Below the pieces are notes generated by a model, which saw nothing but the letters and a program-made list of their open reading frames with translations, was not told the origin of the DNA and did not search any database. From positions 215,001 to 279,000 of the forward strand of contig NZ_DASYHI010000013.1 of the NCBI RefSeq assembly GCF_035998675.1: a DNA stretch of 64,000 nt. The letters run 5' to 3'. Numbering within the stretch: position 1 is the first letter of the stretch; each line of letters starts with the position of its first letter. The position numbers and the translations under genes are program-made. Below are positions 27,111 through 34,974 of the stretch, piece after piece. Source of the stretch: Telluribacter sp. Its GTDB lineage: Bacteria > Bacteroidota > Bacteroidia > Cytophagales > Spirosomataceae.

Positions 27111-28586
27111 CTACGCCAGTACCGGCTTTACTACCTTTCCGGCCGTGTCGGTGAGGCGGAAGTTGCGGCCCTGGAAAGGATAGGTAAATTTCTCGTGGTC
27201 GAAGCCCATGAGGTGAAGGATGGTCGCCTGAAGGTCATGAACGTGGGTTCTGTCCTTTACGCCGTAGTACCCCAGCTCGTCGGTTTCGCCGTAGCTGAAC
27301 CCTTTTTTTACGCCACCGCCCGCCATCCACATGGTGAAGGCTTCGAGGTGGTGATCGCGACCCATAAAAGGAAGTACCTGTCCGTCGCGGTTTTCCTGCA
27401 TGGGCGTGCGGCCAAATTCGCCCCCCCATACGACCAGGGTTTCATCCAGCAGGCCCCGCATTTTCAGGTCCTGCAGCAAGGCCGTTACAGCCTGATCCGA
27501 CTGTTGGCATTTCTGGTGCAGACCAATGTCTATGGCTCCGGATTCGCTGGTACCGTGGGTGTCCCAACCCCAGTCAAACAGCTGAACGAAACGTACCCCG
27601 CTTTCAACCAGCTTGCGCGCCAGCAGGCAATTCATGGCAAAGGTACCTTCACCGGGCTTTACGCCGTACATATTTAATATATAGTCTGGTTCTTTAGATA
27701 CATCCATCACCTCCGGTACCGACATCTGCATCCGGAAGGCCATTTCGTACTGGCTGATGCGCGTCAGAATTTCGGGGTCCTGTACCTCTTCGTAGGTCTG
27801 CCGGTTAATTTCGTTGATGGCCTCAATGGTCTGTTTGCGGATATCGCGGTTCATACCGCTGGGGTCCGACACGTACAGTACCGGGTCACCACCGGTGCGG
27901 CACTGAACGCCCTGGTACACCGTAGGCAGAAAGCCGCTCCCCCACACGCTTTTGCCGGCGTCGGGTTGCTTGCCGCCGGAGGCCAGTACGATAAAACCCG
28001 GCAGGTTCTGGTTCTCGGATCCAAGTCCATATACCGACCAGGAGCCCAGGCTGGGACGGCCCAGTCGGGCACTGCCCGTGTGCATCAGTAGCTGCGCGGG
28101 GGCGTGGTTAAACTGGTCGGTATGCATGGCTTTCAGGAAAGTCACGTCATCGGCCATGGTCTGTAGGTAAGGCAGGTAGTCCGAAATTACGGCGCCCGAC
28201 TGGCCACATGGGCGGAAGTTGCCCTGCGGACCGAGCATTTTGGGTACTCCCCGGATAAAAGCGAATTTTTTTCCTTCCAGAAACTCGGCTGGACAGTCTA
28301 CACCATGGTACTTCACCAGTTCGGGCTTGTAGTCAAACAGCTCCAGTTGCGAGGGAGCCCCGGCCATGTGGATATAGATGACCCGCTTGGCTTTGGGTGC
28401 AAACTGCGGCATCCGCGAGGCCATCAGGTCTTCGGGTGTTTGACCCGGATCGGTTCCGGTAGCACAGCTACCCAGCAAGGAGCCTAAACCCAGTGCCCCA
28501 AGCCCGAATCCGCAGGACTGCAGGAAATGCCGGCGGGTTTGCCGGGCCAGGTCCGCGTGCTGAAGTTCTTGAAGTAGCTTTTCCAT
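27111..28586 (-). CDS. DUF1501-family (sulfatase-like) protein with Tat signal
   Basis: 491 aa with a QTRRHFLQSCGFGLGALG twin-arginine signal. DUF1501-type motifs are present (WDTHG, GGEFGRTP, GRDHH). Confidence 0.85.
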   Translation of the reverse strand: MEKLLQELQHADLARQTRRHFLQSCGFGLGALGLGSLLGSCATGTDPGQTPEDLMASRMPQFAPKAKRVIYIHMAGAPSQLELFDYKPELVKYHGVDCPAEFLEGKKFAFIRGVPKMLGPQGNFRPCGQSGAVISDYLPYLQTMADDVTFLKAMHTDQFNHAPAQLLMHTGSARLGRPSLGSWSVYGLGSENQNLPGFIVLASGGKQPDAGKSVWGSGFLPTVYQGVQCRTGGDPVLYVSDPSGMNRDIRKQTIEAINEINRQTYEEVQDPEILTRISQYEMAFRMQMSVPEVMDVSKEPDYILNMYGVKPGEGTFAMNCLLARKLVESGVRFVQLFDWGWDTHGTSESGAIDIGLHQKCQQSDQAVTALLQDLKMRGLLDETLVVWGGEFGRTPMQENRDGQVLPFMGRDHHLEAFTMWMAGGGVKKGFSYGETDELGYYGVKDRTHVHDLQATILHLMGFDHEKFTYPFQGRNFRLTDTAGKVVKPVLA

Positions 28587-28617
28587 AGGTTTGTTTAGCC
28601 GATGCTTAGTTAGTATG

Positions 28618-28806
28618 GTGTCGCCCCTAGCGGGGCTAGGCTGATTTTGTTCTATTTCCCTGCTGCTGCTACTGAGGTGTCGCCCCTAACGGGGCTTTCA
28701 CTGAACTGTTCCTCTGTCTGTAGCTACTGAGGTGTCGCCCCTAACGGGGCTTGCACTGGACTGTTCCTTTGTCTGTAGCTACTTTGGTGTCGCCCCTGGC
28801 GGGGCA
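28618..28806. repeat. Tandem array of four REP-like hairpin units (55-59-bp period)
   Basis: GGTGTCGCCCCT(A/G)(G/A)CGGGGC occurs at 28618, 28677, 28732 and 28787, with a GCCCC/GGGGC stem. The intervening segments resemble one another (..ACTG.ACTGTTCCT.TGTCTGTAGCTACT..). Confidence 0.85.
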
Positions 28807-28961
28807 CTATACTGCTTTATACTCAGACCCCAGCTGCGGCCCCAGAGGGGCCATACCTTAGTAGCAGAACAGTGCCACCATGCCCTGAAATGAAAGCCCC
28901 GCTAGGGGCGACACCTCCATTTGGATTCTCCTCTGGGATGGGTGAATAATCAATTCAACTA

Positions 28962-29426
28962 CTACGCTTCCACCCATTCAAACAGGAACTTCTCGTTGTA
29001 CTCAATCTCAAATTTATTTAGAAAATCGAGGTACTCTTCGCGGAACGTTTTTATCCTGTGGTGTTCAGGTTGCTTTAAAATGTAGTGTATCACTGCTTCT
29101 TTCTGAGACTTGGCATAGCTGAATGCTCCGTACCCTTCCTGCCACGCAAATCGCCCTCCCGTCTTGTTATTTTCGTTCATCCACTTGCTCGACCCGGCTT
29201 TTACGTCCCGTATCACATCTGACAGCCGGGCGTCTGGTTTCAAGCTCAGGAATAGGTGCGTGTGGTCAGGCATGCAGTAGATTACCATAACCTTTTGTCC
29301 TACTCCCTCCACTATGCCGCAGATATACTTTTCCAAGGCTTCCCGCTCAGTGGCCCGTACCAGGCTTACTCTTCCTTTTACGGCGAATACAATCTGTATG
29401 TAAAGCTGACTGTAGGTATTTGCCAT
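28962..29426 (-). CDS. IS200-like Y1 (HUH) transposase / REP-associated tyrosine transposase
   Basis: 154 aa with an HUH motif in CMPDHTHLFL and a candidate catalytic Tyr in WQEGYGAFSY. Size and the N-terminus (YSQLYIQIVFAVKGR) are typical of the Y1_Tnp family. Confidence 0.8.
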   Translation of the reverse strand: MANTYSQLYIQIVFAVKGRVSLVRATEREALEKYICGIVEGVGQKVMVIYCMPDHTHLFLSLKPDARLSDVIRDVKAGSSKWMNENNKTGGRFAWQEGYGAFSYAKSQKEAVIHYILKQPEHHRIKTFREEYLDFLNKFEIEYNEKFLFEWVEA

Positions 29427-29439
29427 TTTACTTCTCTTT

Positions 29440-29510
29440 GTGTCGCTCCCAGCGGAGCTAGGGGCTCTGATCTATTTTCTGCAACTACTAAAGTATCGCC
29501 CCGCTGGGGC
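29440..29510. repeat. Two further REP-like hairpins on the other side of the transposase gene
   Basis: GTGTCGCTCCCAGCGGAGC (29440-29458) and GTATCGCCCCGCTGGGGC (29493-29510) have the same orientation as the 28618-28806 array. The second is preceded by CTGCAACTACTAAA, which resembles the CTGTAGCTACTGA spacer. Confidence 0.7.
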
Positions 29511-29643
29511 TTGTTTTACCGCCTGCGTGCGGCCCCAGCGGCGGCCGTCGCACGGGGCCATACCTTAGTAGCAGAACAATGCCACCATGCCCTGAAATGA
29601 ATGCCCCGCTAGGAGCGGCACATTTAACTTCTCAGTCACCTTT

Positions 29644-30969
29644 CTATATCACAATGCCCCAGTCTTTATTCATGTCCCGTCCCAGCAGCGCATTGGCCTC
29701 CTTATCGTTCTTGAAACTTTCCTTTTTAGGATTCCACTGCAAGGGTCGCTTTACCTGATAGGCAATGTTTCCAATGTTGCAGACCGATGCCGTGCGGTGG
29801 CCTATTTCTACGTCACAAACCGGTTTGCTGCGGTTCCGCATGGCCTGGAAAAAGTCTTTGTAGTGGTTTTCGCTCTTGTATACGTGCTTTTCGGTTTCTC
29901 CAATAACCTTGTCCTGGAGGCTGGCCGGGGTAGTTTCCAGTTTGCGGCGCTGTACCTTTAAATCTCCTTCGGTACCTACGAAATGAATGGCGTTATTCCA
30001 GTCCCATTTTTCGTGGGTCATGGTAATGCCATTGTCGTAGCGGTAGGTCAGCGCCTGAACATCCTTGCCGTTCGGAGGTACTACCTCCACGGGGCCGCTG
30101 TTGTCCATGTCCAGCGCCCACTGCACAATGTCGAACATGTGGGCGCCCCAGTCCGTTACCATACCCCCGCCAAACTCTTTGTAGAGTCGCCAGTTCGGGA
30201 ATACATCTTTGGAAAGAGGCGGAGCGAGTTCTGAATTGAAGTTGACAGGCTGGTTGGGACCCAGCCAGGCGGCCCAGTCCAGTCCATCCGGAAGGGGCTC
30301 GGCGGCCAGCGTGTAGGGTACTGGTGGAGGACCTACGTTTACTTTTATATTTTTTATATCGCCAATATAACCATTGCGAATCAGTTCAGCCGTTTGCCGG
30401 AACTCGGGCCAGGAGCGCTGCATACTACCCGTCTGAAACACGCGCTTGTACTTGCGGGCCGCATCAACCATGGCCCGGCCTTCTTTTACCGTCAGCGAAA
30501 GCGGTTTTTCGCAGTAGATATCCTTCCCGGCCTGGGCGGCCCGCACGGCCATGGCTGCGTGCCAGTGGTCTGGTGTCGCAATCACGACCGCATCTACGTC
30601 TTTACGCGCCAGCAGCTCCCGGAAGTCATTATAAACAGGAATGTCAGAAAAGGTACCCGCCTGAGCATTTTTGCTGTAGTACTCCTTTATTTTATCAAGG
30701 GTCAACTGCGCTTTGGCTTTATATACTTCACTGATGGCCACAATGCGGGCTTCACCGGTAGAAAGAAACGAATTGGTCAGTCCCCTGCCCTGTTTACCGG
30801 TTCCAATAAAACCCAGTGAGATCATATCACTCGGGGCCAGATAAGACGTACCGTCTGGTTTTTTACCTCCCAGCACAAACCGGGGTACTATCATGAATCC
30901 GGCTGCCACGGCCGCTGCTTTTCCAACAAAGTCCCGGCGGGAAAGTGCGTTTTCTTTTTCTGTTTTCAT
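29644..30969 (-). CDS. Gfo/Idh/MocA-family NAD(P)-dependent oxidoreductase with Tat signal
   Basis: 441 aa with LSRRDFVGKAAAVAAGF. It has a Rossmann start (ISLGFIGTGKQGR) and the EKP motif (YCEKPLS). Confidence 0.85.
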   Translation of the reverse strand: MKTEKENALSRRDFVGKAAAVAAGFMIVPRFVLGGKKPDGTSYLAPSDMISLGFIGTGKQGRGLTNSFLSTGEARIVAISEVYKAKAQLTLDKIKEYYSKNAQAGTFSDIPVYNDFRELLARKDVDAVVIATPDHWHAAMAVRAAQAGKDIYCEKPLSLTVKEGRAMVDAARKYKRVFQTGSMQRSWPEFRQTAELIRNGYIGDIKNIKVNVGPPPVPYTLAAEPLPDGLDWAAWLGPNQPVNFNSELAPPLSKDVFPNWRLYKEFGGGMVTDWGAHMFDIVQWALDMDNSGPVEVVPPNGKDVQALTYRYDNGITMTHEKWDWNNAIHFVGTEGDLKVQRRKLETTPASLQDKVIGETEKHVYKSENHYKDFFQAMRNRSKPVCDVEIGHRTASVCNIGNIAYQVKRPLQWNPKKESFKNDKEANALLGRDMNKDWGIVI

Positions 30970-31020
30970 TATCCTGTTTAGTTAAGGGATATTGTTAATA
31001 ATATCTGTTTATAGAAAAAA

Positions 31021-33771
31021 CTACTCTTTGGTTACTACCTTATCCAGGTTCAGCAATACATTGGCCGATACCGCCAGCGCCGCCAATTCGGGTGACTTCT
31101 TTTCTCCGAATCTGAGCAGACTATCTACCTCCGCCGGATTTTTCTTATAGCCGACCAGAGAATTCCGGTAAACCTTCAGGAGCACGTTCAGGCTCTTTTC
31201 TTCAATGGGCTGGTAGGTAAGCAGGCGGTAGCCTTCCCTTAGTTGCTGTTCGGGCGTTTTGCCTCGCTGCTGCATGGTTTCGGCCAGCTTCTGCGCGGCT
31301 TCCAGGTATACCGGATCGTTGAGCGTCACCAGCGCCTGCAGCGGCGTGTTGGTCCGGATGCGCCGCGACTGACAGAACTCCCGGCTGGGCGCGTCGAAGG
31401 TAGTCATGGACGGATAAGGGGCGGTACGTTTCCAGTAGGTATACACGGCCCGCCGGTAGCGGTCTTCGCCCTCACTGAGCTTCCAGCTTTCGCCACTGTA
31501 AGGCGACAGCCAGATACCCTCCGGCTGCGGCGGCATCACACTCGGTCCGTACATTTTGTTCGACAGCAACCCGCAGGCGGCCATGGCCTGGTCCCGTACC
31601 TGCTCGGCGCTGAGCCGCACGCGCGGCCCGCGCGACAGCCAGGTGTTGTAGGGGTCTTTTTCCAGTTTCTGCTGGTCGACGCCCGAACTTTGGCGATACG
31701 TAGCCGAAAGTACCAGTTGCCGCAGTAGTTTTTTAGTACTCCAGCCCCCTTCTTCCATAAAAGAAGCCGCCAGCCAGTCCAGCAGTTCGCGGTGGGTGGG
31801 TTCTATACCCTGTGAGCCGAAGTCTTCGACCGTTTCAACAATACCGGTTCCAAAGAGCTGCTCCCAGAAACGGTTCACCACCACCCGGGCCGTCAGCGGA
31901 TTATCGCGACTTACCATCCAGCGGGCCAGCCCCAGCCGGTTACGGGGGAGGTCCCGGGGCATGGCATTAAATAACTTGGGTACATCGGGCTGTACCTCCG
32001 GCCCCTTTACCAGCCAGTTGCCCCGCTCAAATACGTGCGTCTTTCGCCGCAGGTCGCCTTCGGCCTCCCAGAACACCGGGGTACTTTCGGCCCGGGCCTT
32101 TAGTACTTTAATATAGTCAAGCTGTACCCCGGCGTATTCCGGCTGGTTCTGTCCCGGCAGCGACTCCTGAAAAGCTATCCATTTAATACTGATCCAGTTT
32201 TTGGGCGTTTTGGGACTGTCAAAGTACATATAGAGATTATGCCGTCCCTGCACCGGCGGCAAGGAAAGTACCAGTACTGTATCAGCCGTAGGTACCTTGG
32301 TACGGGCCACCACGGGACCTCTCAGCGAATCCAGCGTGAGGGTCAGCGTAGCGTCTTCGGCTTTGGTACCTATCGATAGTAGCAGCTTGTCCTTATTGGT
32401 CAGCGTAACCCCCGGAATGCGCGCCGAACCCTGGTGCTGCGCCCCAAAGTACTTGGCGTCCAGCAGGGAGGCATTGACGTACTCGTCAAAATCGTGGGAG
32501 TTGATTTTGGGCTCCATCACCCGCATAAACTGCGCGAAGCGTGTCGTCTGCGCGGGGTTATGTTGGGTAATCCAGGCCTTGACGCGCTCCACCCGGGCGG
32601 AGTCCTCCCCTTTATAAAAACGGAGCGTGGGGGTTTCGGAGGTTACGTCTTCGTCGCGGGTATTGTTGAAAAACGCCAGGTACTTATAGTAGTCTTCGTG
32701 CGGGAAAGGGTCGTAGGGGTGGCTGTGGCACTGCACACAGGCAAAGGTAGTACCCTGCCACACCTCCCAGGTGGTATTGACTCGGTCTATCTGGGCCGCT
32801 ACCCGGAACTCTTCGTCCTGGGTACCGCCTTCGTCGTTGGTCATGGTGTTGCGGTGGAAGCCCGTGGCTACCAGTTGCTCTTCCGCAGGCGCTCCGTCCG
32901 GGCCTTTCAGCAAATCGCCCGCCAGTTGTTCTATGGTGAACTGGTTAAAGGGTTTGTCTTCATTAAAAGACCTGATGACGTAGTCGCGAAAGCGCCAGAT
33001 GGTCCGGCCGGGGTCGCGCTCGTAGCCTTTGGTGTCGGCGTAGCGGGCCAGGTCCATCCACATAGCTGCCCAGCGTTCGCCGTAGGCGGACGAGGCCAGC
33101 AGCCGGTCCACTACTTTCTCGTACGCATCGGGTGAGGTGTCCTTTATAAAGTCAGCTACTTCTTTTTCCGTTGGTGGCAGCCCCGTCAGGTCCAGACTGA
33201 CCCGGCGAATCAGGGTGGCGCGGTCGGCTTCGGCGGCGGGCGTCAGACCATTTTCTTTTAATTTTCTCCGGACAAAATAATCTATCTCGTTTTTTGCCCA
33301 CTCTCCGTCGGTTTCCCAAAACTTCAGACTCGCCAGCAGTCCGCCTCCCGATGGTACCTCCGGACGTTCCACCCGGTTGTAAGACCAGTGCCTGCCCCAT
33401 TGAGCGCCCTGGTTTATCCACTTTTTAAGTACCTCTACTTCCTCTTCCGCCAGCGGCGCGCCTTCTTTGGGCATGCGCTCCTCGGGATCATCGCTCAGAA
33501 TACGGCGGATCATTTCGCTGCCGTGGGCGTCGCCGGGTACTACGGGAATCTTGCCCGACTTGCCGGGCCGGATTATTTCTTCTTCAAATAGGAAGCTGAC
33601 GTTGCCGGCTTTCTTTACTCCGCCGTGACAACCCATGCAGTTTTTATTCAGAATGGGCTTTACATCCTTGTTATAGTCTACTTTCTCCTCAAAAAGGCCC
33701 AGCCACGAAAAGGAAGACAGCAGTACCACCACTGCTACCCCCAGAAAGATCATCCAATTTTTCGTTGCCAT
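31021..33771 (-). CDS. DUF1549/DUF1553 (PSCyt/PSD1-type) protein with two CxxCH motifs
   Basis: 916 aa with an N-terminal anchor. It contains CMGCHGG and ACVQCHSHPYDPF, plus DUF1549-like (RRVSLDLTGLPPT) and DUF1553-like regions. This family is the usual partner of DUF1501 proteins. Confidence 0.85.
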   Translation of the reverse strand: MATKNWMIFLGVAVVVLLSSFSWLGLFEEKVDYNKDVKPILNKNCMGCHGGVKKAGNVSFLFEEEIIRPGKSGKIPVVPGDAHGSEMIRRILSDDPEERMPKEGAPLAEEEVEVLKKWINQGAQWGRHWSYNRVERPEVPSGGGLLASLKFWETDGEWAKNEIDYFVRRKLKENGLTPAAEADRATLIRRVSLDLTGLPPTEKEVADFIKDTSPDAYEKVVDRLLASSAYGERWAAMWMDLARYADTKGYERDPGRTIWRFRDYVIRSFNEDKPFNQFTIEQLAGDLLKGPDGAPAEEQLVATGFHRNTMTNDEGGTQDEEFRVAAQIDRVNTTWEVWQGTTFACVQCHSHPYDPFPHEDYYKYLAFFNNTRDEDVTSETPTLRFYKGEDSARVERVKAWITQHNPAQTTRFAQFMRVMEPKINSHDFDEYVNASLLDAKYFGAQHQGSARIPGVTLTNKDKLLLSIGTKAEDATLTLTLDSLRGPVVARTKVPTADTVLVLSLPPVQGRHNLYMYFDSPKTPKNWISIKWIAFQESLPGQNQPEYAGVQLDYIKVLKARAESTPVFWEAEGDLRRKTHVFERGNWLVKGPEVQPDVPKLFNAMPRDLPRNRLGLARWMVSRDNPLTARVVVNRFWEQLFGTGIVETVEDFGSQGIEPTHRELLDWLAASFMEEGGWSTKKLLRQLVLSATYRQSSGVDQQKLEKDPYNTWLSRGPRVRLSAEQVRDQAMAACGLLSNKMYGPSVMPPQPEGIWLSPYSGESWKLSEGEDRYRRAVYTYWKRTAPYPSMTTFDAPSREFCQSRRIRTNTPLQALVTLNDPVYLEAAQKLAETMQQRGKTPEQQLREGYRLLTYQPIEEKSLNVLLKVYRNSLVGYKKNPAEVDSLLRFGEKKSPELAALAVSANVLLNLDKVVTKE

Positions 33772-33809
33772 AGACCTGTTGATTCAATACCAATAACCAG
33801 GAAGACGGA

Positions 33810-33825
33810 GCTGAGGTACCTCAGC
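33810..33825. promoter_or_regulatory. Perfect 16-nt palindrome in the leader of the DUF1549/1553 gene (possible operator)
   Basis: GCTGAGGTACCTCAGC lies 39 nt upstream of the ATG at 33771. Function is unknown. Confidence 0.25.
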
Positions 33826-34620
33826 CCTTACCTGTCTCTATATAAAGTACCAGCTAACCTTTTCTTAACCATACATCTAACGGAAAGATCAAAAGCAGGC
33901 AACTAATAACTCCGGCTTTCCTTCGTAGGCGCGTACAAAGTTCACTACTTTCTACTGGCTGCTACTTCCCGACCTGCCCCAGCGAAACGTTTTGTAGTAG
34001 TAGGAAAGTACTTCGCCAGGTAGGTTTGATTAGTAATTAGTAGTTATAGTCAATTTGTACTATTCGTAGTTTTTTAAGATTACAAAATCCATTTTCTGTA
34101 AACCTGTTTTTCCATTTCAATAATTTTTTACACCCACATATTCATTTTTCGGATTGCATTATCCACCATTCGGTAGAAAATATAATCGGATTGGAGAAAA
34201 ATTAAACTTACTGCATAAAAAGAGTAGCAGCAGGCTGTCCGGGCAACGAAATATTAATCTAAAGTCTGTTGCAGAAATGTATAACTCCCTCATATAGCTC
34301 ATTTAGGGAAATTTTATAACAATTATTCTACAAAATATAAATCTTGAAAGAGGATTTTTGCTAGAAGACCCCCTGCCGGAAAAGTTATAAATTCAAGCCT
34401 ACCCGAGCGGTAGAGTAGCTTTTGCAAAAAATATTATAGCTTTAATACAATTTTATTCTGCTTCCTTTTTACACCACCACTTTTTATTGCAAAAAATTGA
34501 AAATTTCCGGGCTAAAATTTTGCACTGTATCATTTTAGCAATATATTTGATATGTCATTTAAGAATGATTGACTCCCAACCCACCAGATGTTTCCAGCCG
34601 CACTTGAAGCATTTGCAGAT

Positions 34621-34921
34621 AAAAGAGTCGGAGCGTTGAACGTATTCTGCCAGGCAGGATGCCACGATGTAGTAGCCCGTTAAGCGCCTCCGGACTTGTT
34701 TTGATCTAGAACATACATAAACCTCAAACAGACCCGTGAACGAACCGCTTTCGTTGACGCAGGGGATCTTTTGTCCCGATTTTCTGCTCATGCCCGCTGT
34801 TCGTCCTCGCTAAGAGGTGTTGCTTTCCGGAAAAGCAAACAATCAGGCTTATGGCTGTGGCGGTTGCACGGTAGTGTGTGCGGCCCACGAATGTACAATC
34901 TGTCGCAGCCATAAGCTTTTT
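34621..34921 (+). ncRNA. Candidate structured RNA or leader element (unclassified) ending in a terminator-like hairpin upstream of susC
   Basis: A GC-rich patch within a 1.2-kb AT-rich intergenic region. By-eye helices are: 34626-34635 with 34685-34696; 34636-34642 with 34678-34683; 34739-34744 with 34750-34755; 34759-34766 with 34774-34787; 34820-34826 with 34831-34838. A terminal 11-bp stem (34847-34857 with 34906-34916) encloses an 8-bp hairpin (34862-34869 with 34878-34885) and is followed by TTTTT (34917-34921). Strand and ends are tentative. Confidence 0.4.
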
Positions 34922-34974
34922 ACCAACGGATTTCCATTTTCTAACCTATCTAATTAATTAACCGGAAACTTCCC

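Larger units (their letters stand above)
28850..29621 (-). mobile_element. IS200/IS605-like or REP-associated (RAYT-type) Y1 transposase unit bounded by about 66-bp direct repeats
   Basis: GGCCATACCTTAGTAGCAGAACA(G/A)TGCCACCATGCCCTGAAATGAA(A/T)GCCCCGCTAGG(G/A)GCG(A/G)CAC is present at 28850-28914 and 29557-29621. Both copies have the same orientation, differ at 4 positions, each end in a hairpin, and together flank the Y1 transposase ORF. Confidence 0.6.

Noticed and set aside
28618-28806. Possible CRISPR array (regularly spaced 20-nt palindromic repeats).
   Set aside because: Only four units are present. The intervening sequences are similar to each other rather than unique spacers. The period (55-59 bp) and repeat length are atypical, no cas genes are present, and the repeats match hairpins flanking an adjacent Y1 transposase. 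It is a REP/BIME-type tandem array.
34555-34912. Two overlapping minus-strand ORFs (78 aa and 62 aa) as protein-coding genes or a frameshifted transposase fragment.
   Set aside because: The products are Cys/Arg-rich with no recognisable domain. The ORFs overlap out of frame, and the DNA shows extensive nested self-complementarity. It is better explained as structured non-coding sequence.
34621-34921. Known riboswitch or housekeeping RNA (cobalamin, TPP, RNase P, tmRNA, SRP, 6S).
   Set aside because: The cobalamin B12-box/GGGAA..GGUG..UCC core and the TPP CUGAGA/ACCUGAUCUGGAUAAUGCCAGCG elements are absent. The minus strand has AAGTCCGGAGG, resembling the RNase P P4 region, but the order of RNase P conserved blocks is wrong and the other blocks are missing.
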